Assembly (NCBI RefSeq): GCF_018977255.1
Contig: NW_024704743.1
Coordinates: 105,278,001 to 105,342,000, forward strand
Length of the DNA: 64,000 nucleotides
Reading direction: 5' to 3'
Source of the DNA: Callorhinchus milii
Lineage: Eukaryota
Shown here: piece by piece, positions 36,771 to 49,579 of the stretch
Layout of the letters: each line of letters opens with the position of its first letter
Position numbering within the stretch: the stretch's first letter is position 1
Position numbers and translations under genes: made by a program
The notes under the pieces: model-generated
Databases searched by the model: none
The model's input: the letters and a program-made list of their open reading frames with translations, nothing else
What the model was told of the DNA's origin: nothing

Positions 36771-37619
36771 TAATACAGCTCTTGTGTACTGAATGAAGCA
36801 TTAACACCATTAAAATGGAACGTTGTATTAAAGCCTGTTAAAATTGTGAACTTCAAGAGGTACAAAGATCAAGTTTGTAGGGTTTATAAAACATGGAATT
36901 CTTCCATTCAATTAACAAACACTTAAGACAATAAACTAACCTTAACTGCAACTTCCTCTAGATATCTTGTCTAAAGGACCATGCAAGAGAAGAGTGAGTG
37001 GCCATTTTAATCTGGACAAGATAGAGGCAAATGGGCTACGGCTACAAAATTGTTCATCAATATTGGATGAAACATCAAAAATATTTTTTTTAAAAAAATC
37101 AAGAGCTCCTCCATAGCAGCTCTGCAGTTGTCATCTCATGCATTTTTAAGTGCATGACCCACCACCTTACTCATCAAAGGGTGATCATGTAGAATGCTAT
37201 TTAAACTATTTTGCTAATGTTTGGCAATACCAAATGCAAGACGATATGATTTGCAAGCCAGAAAACTGTACATTTTTTATGAGTATGTTTATTCTATGCA
37301 CATAATAGCACAAATCTCTGTGACATCCACATAATGGAATCAAAGTTTATTTAAATTTGACACTACATTTGAAAGGAATTTGTGCATAAGATTGAAGGAC
37401 TGATCAGTCATTCTGTGTTTAATAGTTAGGTCTTCTATTATTGTTTGGATTTCACAGATTCTTCCAGATGGGAATAATGCAATCAAAAGTGACCCTTTCC
37501 ATACAAGGAGCTTCAATTGACAGGAATGTAATTGTATATTTTTTGGGGGTCAGCCAGGTATCCAACAAATGCACACACTGCCATGCTTACGAGTATCCAA
37601 AACGGAAGAGTTCTACATT

Positions 37620-37990
37620 GGAAATAGAACTTAACATATCTAAATTCGTGGAAGATATGAACATAGGTGGGAGAGTAGGCTATGAGGATGACCCACAAAA
37701 AATGCAAAGGGAAATAACAGGCTAGGTGAGTGGGCAAGAAGGTGGCAGATGGAGTATAACGTGGGGAAGTGTGAAATTATTCATCTAGACAATGAAAATA
37801 GAAAAACGGATTATTTTCTAGAGGGGGAGAGACTAGGTAGTGTTAGTGTTCAGAGGGATTTGGGTGTCCTTGTACACCAGTCACAAAAAGTTAGTATGCA
37901 GGTACAGCAAGCAACTAGGAAGCCTAATGCCATGTTGGCGTTTGTTGCAAAAGGGTTAAAGTACAAGAGTAGGGAAGTCTTGCTGCAGTT
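37620..37990 (+). mobile_element. CR1 LINE RT fragment
   Basis: WQMEYNVGKCEIIH...QRDLGVLVHQSQKVSMQVQQA. Confidence 0.85.
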
Positions 37991-38560
37991 CAAACCAATT
38001 GGTACTACTAGTCAAACCAATTAAAACTGGATAGCATGCCATTGTGCTTGTCCAGCTAGGACCACTGTACCAGTTAACTGTATATAAACATTGCAAAGCA
38101 CTAAATTCAAATTGTAAAAGAAAAATTGGCTAGATTTTAATGGTGCATTTGACAGCGTCCAATATCATTGAGACGTCTCTAAGTCCTTCACAGATATACT
38201 GCAAAGTAATGCGGCTGGATATATATTGTAGGTGAACATGGCAGCCAACTTATGCACAGCACAAACAGCCATTGTGCGAGAGACCAAATTTTACTTTGGG
38301 GAATTGCTGGTCAAGACATCAGGAGGAATGAGAAACTCTGTTATTTGTTATAACTCCTATGTTGCTCAGCCTGTTTAGCAGTAGACTTGGGATCAACAAA
38401 ATTTTCAGTTCAATGCATAGTTCCATGCAGCCATTCATCCTTATAAGAATTGATAAAGTGACCAACATATATATCTATATATGGAGTACCCTAGAAATGG
38501 ATTTTTATGTCCCAAAGTTCTTTTTCCAGCAGAGACGCCATTTATGTTACAGGTTTCGCA

Positions 38561-39290
38561 AACAACAACAGAATTACATTTGTGTAGCGCCTTTCACGTC
38601 GGAAGGACATCCCAAGGCACTGAACAGACAGAGTTATGGGGATCGGGGTAGGGGAGGGTGGAGGGCAGGGGTGAAGCAGGGAGATCAAAAGCACGGTCGA
38701 AGAAAAGGGTCTTCAAATTGGCGAGGGAGGGGACGAGACAGAGGGACTGCGCGATGGAGTTCCAGAGGGTAGGTGTAGAGTGGTGGAAGGCCCGCTCGCC
38801 GATAGTGGGGTGAGCAAAGGGGAGGGACATGAAGCAGGCCAGAGCCCGCTGAGCGGAGGGAGTGAACAGGGTGGTAGGGGGTTAGGAGGTCGGAGAGGTA
38901 GGGGTGAGCAAGACCGTGGAGGGCTTTGAAGGTGAGGACTAGGATCTTCACCTGTATCCTCTGAGTGATGGGAAGGCAGTGGATTTGGGCAAGGATGGGG
39001 GTGATAGGGTCGTGGAGTCTAGTGCGGGAGAGGACGTGATCTGCAGAGTTTTGGATGATCTGCAGCCTGTGGAGGGAGAAGCTGGGGAGGCCGACAAGCA
39101 GGGAGTTTGCATAGTCGCGCTTCAATGTAATGAAGGCGAGAATGAGAGTTTCGGTGGACTGCTGTGTGAGACAGTGTCGGAGCCGGGCGACGTTGCGGAG
39201 GTGGGGAAAGGCAGAGTGGGTCATGGCGCAGATATGGGGTAGAAAGGATAGTTGAGGCTTAAACAAGACCCCAAGGTTCCGGACTGGCTT
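38561..39290 (-). mobile_element. L2 LINE 3' part
   Basis: ORF 38685..39314 VRNLGVLF...IHCLPITQRI; tail. Confidence 0.9.
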
Positions 39291-39913
39291 AAAAGGAACT
39301 TTTAGAACTCTCAAACCAAAATAACTAGAATAATCAATGCAAACACATTTCGTCTACTGCTTTTTGTTGACGTATTTGGTGAAAGGAGTTCTAGAAGCCT
39401 TAATAGGCGATATAGAGAATCTTACTATGAAGGTAATTAATTATATATATGTATAAATCGTCAGCCAGTGGCCTTTCTGATTGAATTAACCAACTTGCTC
39501 AGTCAAACTTTTGCCAGATTGTGATAGACCATCTTTGTTTGCAGTGTACTCTAGTCTACTCTATGGCCCATGAGTCAAGTATTGAGTGGGCGGGAAGGGG
39601 GGCGTTCTAAGTATTTGTAGTCAACAAAAGCACCAGAAGATGTATGGAAGAGCTCTAGAGTGACCTACCTTTTCATTCTGTTCCATGCCTATGGAGAACC
39701 ATGTCCCCATCCCCCTTTCATATAAGAGACATTCAGATAAAGAAGGCCCTTTGGTCCATCTAATCATATTCTTCCAGGATGTCCTCTCATTATAACATCA
39801 AGTGGTTTCTTAAATGTGTCCACTGTCCTGTCCTCAACAACCCTGCCTACTAACCTATTCTAATCGTTAATTACTATCAGGAGTAAAAAAAATAGTTCCT
39901 CATGTCTGCTCAC

Positions 39914-40169
39914 CGTAAAGCCATAGTGCTTGCCTCCATTGCAGAATCGATTTTTCCTTCTTCCATTATGGTAGCTACTGAAGCAAGTCTTTCAGGGTCA
40001 AATAGAAGATCAGTTGTACTAGCAGCAGCCTCAATTCCCGAAGGTCCAGGTGAGGAAAAGATAGTAGAAGAAACTAGCGCATTACTCCGTAGCCTGTTGA
40101 GCTCTTCATCAAGCTTTTTCTTTTCTTGCAGCAAAGTAGCTCTGTCTGCAGAGAGCGATTCTATCAAAA
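39914..40169 (-). CDS. RB1CC1: RB1CC1 coding exon (V)LIESLSADRATLLQEKKKL...KIDSAMEASTMAL(R)
   Basis: Lies in ORF 39910..40218; ttcag acceptor, gtgagc donor; 256 bp. Confidence 0.94.
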
Positions 40170-40497
40170 CTGAACACAGAAACATGTGCTTAGAATCTTT
40201 GTTTTCCATCCAATACAAGACCTACTATGCTATAGCTCATCATAAAATATAACCGTGTGCACATATAATGTTAGTGATTATACAGCTTCAATGATTAAGC
40301 AGAAATGATCAGCTTTTAAACAAGTGCCAGAGCCATCTGTGTTTGAGCAAAACACCAATGGAACATTCACAAATTTAGTGGACAGATTTGAGTTTTCACA
40401 TCATAACTTTTTTTAAAATAAACTGTAGTCATTACATTTTCTAGAAATCTAACTTCATAAGTTATCATTTTTGTTGTAGTGTCAGATCTTAGCTCAC

Positions 40498-40606
40498 CTC
40501 GATCTTTTTCTTGTTGCTGAGTTAGCTTTTTGAGCTGCTCGCTCAGTTCATTAATAATTTGTTCTTTTTTCATTTTTTCTCTGGTTAAAACGGTGTTGAA
40601 GTTGGT
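40498..40606 (-). CDS. RB1CC1: RB1CC1 coding exon TNFNTVLTREKMKKEQIINELSEQLKKLTQQQEKDR
   Basis: Lies in ORF 40367..40627; ttttcag acceptor, gtgagc donor; 109 bp. Confidence 0.95.
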
Positions 40607-41979
40607 CTGAAAAAACAAATTATTCAAGCATGTTGATTCTACAGGTGACTACTTTGTTAATGGATCACACTTGACTTTTTGCTGAAATTCTACCCTTCTT
40701 TCCCAACTCGGCTGCCAGATCCCTGGTGATTGAAATTACAATGGTAAATAAAGGAAGTTCTCCAGACACCATGCAGGAAACTATGATGCACATCACTGCA
40801 CGTTTTGGCAGAAATAACCCTTCGCCGCCTTCTTGAAGTGCAAGTTTCGAGATGACGAAAGCCGATTAAGAGGATAAACCAACTCAACTAACCAACCTGC
40901 TCATTGGATACCATCTCTTCAACTCGATTTATAAGCTCTTTTACAGTTCACTTAAAACACCTGCCGACATAACAATTATTAGCATTATTTTTGATGGTTG
41001 AAAAGGTGCTGCACCCAATTGATGACTGTTCCAGATGAAGACAATAACATGCCTTCAAAGATCTGCTGCAGATTCACAGTTCAGTTGATATGTACATCAA
41101 TTGTGACACATTAAAATTTGTGCAATGAGACAGACTTATCAATAGTAGCCTGGGTCCAAGGTGATTTGTAAGTGTTGTCGTAAGACAACAATTATTTTTA
41201 TTCTTTGTGTTTAAGTGTTTAATTATTTGTTTAGCATGTACACGCTTGGCTATGCTTTGTAAGTCACGTAGATATTGGGGTGGGGAGAAACAATAGTATT
41301 GATGGCATGATTTACTCATTCATTTTAATTAGCCAATAACTTACAACAAATCCGATCCATATAGCACTTTTCACTAAGGCGCTGTAAATACACTTTCATC
41401 TTTACAATAAGTTATATTTAATGTCCTTTATAAGTAGAAAAGATTTCGATAAGTATCTTAAATACATTTATGAATGCGAGTTCTATCTATCTGCTAATAA
41501 CAGTTTGTAAACTGTATTTTTACCTGTTTCAATTAGTCAAAACTGTGCCTTTAAAGATTATGATTGTGAAAGATCAATTGATCCCGTGGCCTGGAATACA
41601 TTTTTCAAACCATCTTGTGGATGGGGGGGAAACAATGGTCAGGATTTGTGTAAAAGAATGACAAGCTGGTATGTTCTCCTAATGCAATATGCAGGTTAGG
41701 TAAAGGGGATATAGACATTGAGCAGCGGCTTCTGGAGGCAACAGAGCATGCCTTGCTTCCATTTATTTCCTAGCTCGTGGTCAGGTTGAATGACTCTGTG
41801 CTGCAACCATGTAGTACTTCTCCTCGTTTCAATGCTAGATGATAGGAACGTGTAAATCTCACTAACTAGGCAGTCAGAAGTTCGCTTACCATGCCAAGCT
41901 GTTATTGCCTGTTCCACTTCACACATGCTGAAAACTTTCTAAGGAAGATGTAATAAAAATTCTTGCTCCTTATCACGGA

Positions 41980-42290
41980 TTTGAAAAGGCTCAAAGTGCT
42001 ACACAGAATATACTGTAAATTGACTTGACTGTATATTTTGTGGGCGAAACACCAGTGTCCCACAAATAGCCATGCATTGAGTGACTAAATTATTATTTTT
42101 TAAAAAGGGATTTTTAGACCCGGAAAAACAATTTGTCAATCAAGTAACAAACAGGTTCCTACTTATTGCTAGGTAAACAGAGGTGTATGGAGTAAGGAAA
42201 CGTGCCTTACATTTCGCCCTGCCTGGGAATCAAACCTGGGTCCTCTCGCTTGCCAGGCAAGTGCTCTAACCAATACTCTTACAGGACTGT
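41980..42290 (-). mobile_element. SINE, full-length type, degenerate
   Basis: Head gtgctctaacca...acaggact plus body. Confidence 0.82.
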
Positions 42291-42673
42291 ATACTTTTCC
42301 TGGAATCCTTGAGTGCGACTCAATCAATGGAAATAAAAGTCATAACCTGATATTAGCTCTTTCAAAGTTTGGCTCTCCAGGAATTTCAGGCCATTATTGT
42401 CCAAGCTTTATGTATTATGGACTCCAATATGCACTGCGAGAAGGACCCTATATACAAGTTGTTGCTGGACTTGGAGAAATCTAACGCACTGTGAAACTTT
42501 TTTTAAACAAATGGAGGGATACTTATTCTGTAATTCAAGAAGTACATTAAAAATGAAACAATTTGAAAGTGGTTTGCTGAGAAATAGGTAGTTATTTTAA
42601 AAATAGAACCAACATTTACTGGAAATCATGGTACAAACACAATGAAAGCAGGCTAAAATTATTCCATCTTTCC

Positions 42674-42768
42674 ATAATAATCTTTGCATTTGATATAATG
42701 CCTTATCATGTTTTCGAGACATGTCAAAGCGCTTCACAGAAGTGCTCTAACCACTGAGCTACAGGACT
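42674..42768 (-). mobile_element. Minimal SINE: A-box head fused directly to the tail
   Basis: agtcctgtagctcagtggttagagcact|tctgtgaagcgctttg... Confidence 0.8.
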
Positions 42769-43944
42769 GCAGAATGCATCAAATTATGGTGAATTTCACC
42801 CAGATGTTGGAGAGGAGGGAAACAAGATAGATGGGAATTTCGAAATGCATCTTTATAATAAAGCAAGACACTTTTAAGAGCACTTGGCACACAATTTTTA
42901 ACAGTAAAACACTTCTTTAATTTGAAGCTAAAAAACCTGTTTTTAAAACAAAATCTTAAAATTATTGCCCTTCCCAGCATTGGAATTGTAGCTCGAGGCA
43001 GAAAACCTTTTATAACATTTACAAAGGCATTTTTGAGGTTTTCAGCTACAAGAAGGGATAATAATACATAATAATCCTTGGATTTGCTTTTGCGGCTTTC
43101 ACATGTTGAGGACGTCTCAAAGCATCTCATTGGAATTACAGTGAATTGGAAGACTGTATATTGTGACTGTGTATTGTGTCTCCAACAATATTGTGACCTC
43201 CAACAATGATAACCCTCCCCCCAGTGGTGTGCTGGAGTGCCACCTTAGACAATGTGAGCTTGACTTTCAATACATAAGGATGCAACTAGATAGTGTTTGA
43301 AAGATGGAAGAATGTACTTTTGTCAAGAACATCTGAAACTGCTCCATAGGTAATTGCTGTCAAATGTAGACATTATCAACTTGTGACAAATGTGGCAGCC
43401 ATTTTGCACAGCAAGGTTCCAATTCATGTTCAGGAAAGAAGCTAATTTCCTTTTTTGCAAAAGAAATAAGGTTTCTTCTTAACAAGTTTTAAAGATACCA
43501 AAAAATTCACGGTTTCCTTCAGTAAACAGTTATGCAATTTTCAGGCATTTTGTAGATCTGAGGAGATCCTATTCCTTTATTGTCTATTAATTCACCTCTC
43601 TGGGACAACATTGATTCCATAATCAAGATGGACAATTTTCTTGGTATAATTAGAGTTCATTGTCTGTCCTAATTACTTGATTAAAACACTTAGAATCCAA
43701 GTCTCTTTACTGAGACAATGCTATCTTGAAGCTGGCAACTTGTTCCGTTTCCTATAGGTGCATCACTTTCGATATGATACTGGTTCTGTAGCTTCCTCTA
43801 AAAACGTATCAGTAAAATATAAGCAAGTTGGCTTTCAAAGAAAGCTCGGTATAATCAATTGTTGACATAAAACATCAGCAAGCCATTGGAAAACAAACTG
43901 TGAAAGCTAAAACATTTTCAGCACGAGAACGAGAAACAAATCTC

Positions 43945-44230
43945 AACAACACATTACAATTTTATTGCACTTTTTACCTCGGGAGGATGTCCCAAGTCGC
44001 TGGACAATCCGGGATTTGGGATCAGGAGGCGTGTAGGGTATGGCTAAGTGGGTGACCGAATGCACGGTCGAAGAAGCGGGTATTGAGACATGCCTTGAAG
44101 GAGGCAAGGGAGGGGGGGAACCAGGGAGGTAGAAGTGAGTAGAGAGGCTGAAGGCCCGATTGCCAATGGTAGGGCAGGCAGGGCAGGGGACGTGGAGCAA
44201 GCTGGAGCCCACTGATTGGAGGGAGGGACA
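43945..44230 (-). mobile_element. L2 3' end
   Basis: PTIGNRAFSLS remnant; tail. Confidence 0.8.
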
Positions 44231-44292
44231 GGTGCGGTGTTCAACAGTTTTGAATCGCCCCCAAGAAATCTATTTTTCAAACTTTCTAGTAC

Positions 44293-44452
44293 CTGCTGTT
44301 CTGCAATCAGGGAGGTTTTAAGGTTTTGGAGCTCTTCATTTCGCTTTTCAAGCTGTTCAAGTAAGCTGGCCTTCTCTTCTTCAAACTTCCCTGTAAGGTC
44401 AGCAATAAGACTTGATGGACTCCTACTGATTGGTGCAGCAGATAAAACTTCC
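44293..44452 (-). CDS. RB1CC1: RB1CC1 coding exon EVLSAAPISRSPSSLIADLTGKFEEEKASLLEQLEKRNEELQNLKTSLIAEQQ
   Basis: Hand translation; tag acceptor, gtacta donor; 160 bp; phase fits both neighbours. Confidence 0.9.
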
Positions 44453-45729
44453 CTATGTTAAAAGATTAAAAGTGTGTAGTTATAAATAAAATGCAAGAAT
44501 TGAAATGGGGAGATAAAATTAAGAAAGAATATCAGTTTAGAAACAACAATTTGCATTTATAAAGAGCCTCAAATGTCAGGAGAACATCTTAAAATGCTTC
44601 ACAAAACTGACTTGGAGCCCGAGCTAGGATGGCAGAGCATTGGAAAGAAAGGGAAAGATAGCCAAGATTGGTCTTAGAAAATAATTATCATTGGATTTCT
44701 GTTACCTATGTTGTTTATAATTTAATGAGCAATGTAGAATAACATGCAATCAATGGTCTTAATTAAAAGAAATTTAAACTCATTCTTCTCCTCTCACCCC
44801 AAAAAAAGATTAACTTAAGAAAAAAATGCTTTACGTCATTGGCCTTCAGAGTGTGAAGGCCACATTCTGATGATTTCACATAAAATGAAATCTCATGCAT
44901 TAGTGAACAAAGCAAATAAATGAATTATAAGTGAAAAATTATTTCCAATCAACATCAACATGGAAAACAAAATGAGCAAGCCAAGAGGAAGGATGCAAAA
45001 GCAAATCATGATCGAGTCTGGCAGTTATTTTTAATAGTACTGTACAACAATCTTGAACTACTATTGCGTGAATGAAGATTTTGCACTACTATAGTGTGAA
45101 TGCAGCAATTTCAAACACTACACTATGAATGCAGCAAAGCAATTTGGATTCTATTTAGAAACATTCCAAGAACATCACAAGTTTTACACTCTTTCATCTT
45201 ATTAAACTTGCTCTTTAATGCTAGTTTAAAAAAAACTAACATTGGTCACTGGAGCTGTACACTTGCACTCAGTTATACATTCACGGTGCTCTTCTTAATT
45301 CCAACTAATGTGACTAAGGAAGAGAAACTGTATTCCCAGTGCTTTTCTGTTAGAAGATACATCACTTCACTTTCTGGCAACATAAACTGGGCATTAGCCC
45401 GGAATCCAGGAGCTAGGATCAACTGAAGGTTGAAAAGTCAACCAGGGCCACATTAACTTCAGTGACCCCAAAGAACAAAAAAGTAAGTTTCACCAGACAA
45501 CAATGGCACAAAATATTTTTGGTAAAATTAAATATTTTAGGAAATACTAAGGACGATAAACCACGGCGTCCCCCACACATCAAAAGCCAAGGCAACCCTC
45601 TACACTAGTGCGTTATATCCAGTGAGATGAGAAAAANCAACTTCCTTTGCATAGCCTGTAACGTTCTCAAAAAAGACGTGCCACTATTACTTTTCTTGGT
45701 CAGATAATCAAATTAATTATATTTATATG

Positions 45730-46040
45730 AAAAGGATGATCTGAAAAAGGAGGTATATAAGGTGTTAAATAGGAGAAACCAAGCCCATAACAATACTGCC
45801 AGATACACGAAAAGCAGCTATTAAAAAGGGTGTCAATTCAAGGTTGCCAAGAGCAATTTCAGAATCGACACCAGGAAGCATTCCTTTACAACGAAGATAA
45901 TTAACAACTGGAATGGGTTACCAGGAAGGGTGATCAAGGCTAGATGCTTGATTCATTTAAGAAACAGCTTGATGCTGTGATGTAAAGATGATAGGATAGA
46001 TATTAAGTAATAAACTGGAAGGATGAGATTACATGGACCA
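45730..46040 (+). mobile_element. CR1 3' fragment
   Basis: Remnants such as aggaagcattcctttaca and actggaatgggttaccaggaagggtgat. Confidence 0.65.
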
Positions 46041-46087
46041 ACATGGATTTGATAAGTCAGAGGCAACACTATTACAGTAAACGCCTG

Positions 46088-46215
46088 ATAATAATCCTTG
46101 CATTTGATATAGCGCTTTATCACGTTGTTGCAAGGTCTCAGAGTGCTTCACAGAATACACTGTAAAATAGATTTGACTGTATTTTGTGGGGGAAACACAG
46201 CAGCCAATTGTGCAT
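46088..46215 (-). mobile_element. SINE 3' part
   Basis: ataatccttgcatttgatatagcgct tail. Confidence 0.8.
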
Positions 46216-47244
46216 CTGATATATCATCACTCTGAGGGAAAAACTGAGTAACTCGATATTCTGGGTGACTATATAGGTCTGAGTCCTATAGGTCAATAGG
46301 GGACACTGTGGTCGGGTAGTCCTACACCAACACACATCACCCATGTACAGAGTGACAAGACAGGATTTAAATTCTTATTTCCTTAGCAACAATACAACGA
46401 GAACTATATTTTCAAGAAACTAGTATTAAGCTTATTACTCAATAAGTGAAAAAAGACTGACATAAATTTGATGCACAAGACTTCACAAATCATGAACAAT
46501 CTGTTCTTCTAGCAACGTTCTTTAAACATGCCAGAATCTTCACTAAAGTAAGACAAGTTAATTTGGGATATTCTACGATGACAGGATAAAGAATTGGAGA
46601 GGAAAGAGAATCACATGTACATTACTACACTGAAGATTAGTACACTTGGGAAATTGAAAACTGTATTTTACAATATTCATTTTGGATTTGTGCAAGATTA
46701 AAGCTTTAGAATTAATGGCTATGGGGAGATTGTCAAAAAAACATGCTATGGTTATCCTTATGAATAACCTTATGCTAGAATGGTTCAAAGGAAAAAAATT
46801 GTGCAATTCACAAACCAAAGCTGCTTTTTTGTACTAGATCTACTTATATTAAAAAATAAAATATTAATAGAAAGAAAACCTAACTTTTTAAAAATATATA
46901 TATAACATATCAAACGCAGTCAGTCTTCATCTTCATTCAATCTTTTTTAAACAGTGAATGTTGTGCTAATCAAGCTGGGGGAAGTTGGAGAAGAATATCC
47001 TCTTATTTCAGCCAAGCACTAAAAGATCAGGTATAGCAGCCAAATAGAGTAAACCTCACGTTACTCTGCCTCGATCTCAAGAAAGTATCCCCCTGTGACA
47101 CAACTATGACAATTTCCACTTCCAATGCCGTCCATCCATCCTGTGACTCACCCAAACGTTGTCAATTTCAACAACCTACTAAGGATTAGGTTGAGACAGC
47201 CCAAACTACTTCACATAGAATCATTACATTACACTGATTATAAC

Positions 47245-47612
47245 AGAATCTTTGCATTTGATATAGCGTCTCATCACGTCTTTGAGACTTCTCAAAGAGC
47301 TTCACAGAATATACCGTAAAATGAATGGACTGTATATTTTGTGGGCAAAATGCAGAAGCCAATTGCGCACAGCAGTGTCCCACAAACAGTCGAGGATTGA
47401 GTGACTAAATTCTTATTACCTTTTTTTTTTGAAGGGTTTATGACCCCCAGAAAAGCGATCTGCCAATCGACTAACGACCGGATTCCTACTTAATGCTCGG
47501 TAAACAGAGGCTTGTGGAGTAAGGCAACTTGCCCAATATTTCACCCTGTCCGGGAATCGAATCCAGGTCCTCTTGCTTGCGAGGCGAGTGCTCTAACCAC
47601 TAAGCGACAGGG
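47245..47612 (-). mobile_element. SINE, full-length type, about 55 bp downstream of the large-exon donor
   Basis: Head, body and tail present. Confidence 0.88.
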
Positions 47613-47666
47613 GATAGAAAAATATTACATCTCATCGGTTTTAAGTATTCTATTGGTTTTACATAC

Positions 47667-49579
47667 CTGTCAACACTACTTTGTTCTTCAAGGTGGCTTT
47701 CAAGTTGTTGAAATTTGGTTTGCAATTCTTCCTCATGAGATTTTTGTACACACTCCTCAGAGGTCGAATGCATAACAGTTCTAACAGTCTCTTTGTCTTG
47801 TTGCAAGGAGTGAAGTAGCTGCTCCTTGTCTTCCTGAAGACCACGAACAATAGTTTGGTATTTTGATTCTATTTCACAAAGAGCTCTCTCTTTCTCAGAA
47901 ATCATTTCCTCCCTTTGTTTTTCTATTGTTTTCAAACGTTCTTCTAACGTATTGTTGAGCTCTCCAATTTGTTCTTTTAATCCTGCTTCCACATTAAGTG
48001 CTTGCTGCCTTATTGTATCCAGCTTAATCAGTTCTGCTCTAAGCAGGGTCATCTCTTCATCTTGCCTGTCCACCAACTCAGAGACACACTGATTTTTTTC
48101 TAAGGTCATTAAGGTCCTTTGTTCTGCAAGGCCCACCTTATATTCTTCAGTTTGTACCTGCTGCTGGCGTTTCAAACCATTGATCTCTTTAGTGTAACTC
48201 TCAACTTCTTTCATCACCTGGCACTTTATAGTTTCCTGTTGTTGGGATTGGTTTTCTTCGAAAAGTTGCCTTATTTCCTCAGTTTCAGCTTCTTTTAAAG
48301 CCATTTCAACTTCGAGTTTGCACCTAAGGTCAGAAAGCTCAGAGACTTTCATCTTAAGTTCATTAAGCTCTTGTTCCTTCTCGTGGACCTTTAACGTAAA
48401 GGACTCTTTTGTCTGCTCTAATTGTACTTCATTTTTTCTCAGCATTTGCTCTTCCTGACTGCGGTGATCAGCTGTCAGCTTCTCTATTTCTTGCTCGTAC
48501 CTGGCCTGCAGGCTCTCTTCAAGATCCTTCAAGTGACTTTGTTCAAGATTCTGAAGTTCTGTTTTCAATTGCTCTGACTTCTGATCACTTTGTACCTTAA
48601 ATTGGTTAAATTCTTCTAATAAATCTGCTTTGGATTGACCAAGTTCTTGGATTTGAGATTCCTGTGCTTTCTTTGCTTCTGCCAAGGAAAGCATTTCTTT
48701 ATCTTTATCAGTTTGTAAACGCAAAAGTATTTCATGCTCAGCTTTCATCACATTGATCTCCTCATCTTTCTGTTTTATAGCATTTTCAAGCTCCATCAAA
48801 TCTCTTCTGAGCTTTTCTACATTTTGCCGATTGGCCTCAGTCTCTGCTTTCCCTTTGTCTATTCTGTCATCATAATCTTTCCTTAAAGTTTCTAAAATGC
48901 GTTGATAGTTTTCTTTTGTTTCGGTTTCAACTCTACATTTTACAGTTTCTATTATGTGTCTTAATTCTTGAGTTACATTTTTCATGGAAGTATTAAAATC
49001 ATACTGCTCTTCCTGAACAAGTGATCTGAAGTGGCTGAGGTCTTCCTTAATGCTTATAAAATGTGACTGTGACATTTCAGCAATAAATCTATATTTTTCT
49101 ATATACACCTTTAGAGATGCAACTTCTTTAGAGTCCTCCTTTTCACCAACAGCTGTATCCTGCATACGCCTGTTATCTATAGCATTAATAACTGAGGAAT
49201 ACAATGATTCCACCATCATTTCAGGGCTTTGTGGATCACTGATCACATTGGGAGAAGCTAGATTTTCTTCAATCACAAATTCATTCACTGCTGACATAAA
49301 ATCAGACTCTGGACTCTCTGCCAATGAGTCCATGTCAATGGATTCTTGTTTCAGAGCTTGTTCTAAATTTGGATGAGCAATTGTCTCAAAGTCAAACGTA
49401 TGAGCGTCAATACTATCAGGGGACAGCTCTTCCAAAGAGGCAGGAACATTTGCAGGTGGACAGATGGGTCCCTGAAGGCTGAGAGTGGATGAAGCTCTGG
49501 AAGAGGTAGTCTTAGTTCCAGTTGTACTCTCTGACCTTTGCGTTGTTGCTCCTTTTAACTCTGCTTGATCAAGAGAAGC
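47667..49579 (-). CDS. RB1CC1: RB1CC1 large coiled-coil exon (ASLDQAELK...EEQSSVD(R)), containing the FDFETI LIR-like motif and the SPESDFMSAVNEFVIEENL block
   Basis: Lies inside ORF 47600..49672; ctgcag acceptor at 49580-49581, gtatgt donor; 1913 bp, ends in phase 2. Confidence 0.97.

Noticed and set aside
39902..49376. Plus-strand ORFs 39902..40252, 44216..44461 and 49050..49376
   Set aside because: Antisense shadows of RB1CC1 exons with no independent evidence.
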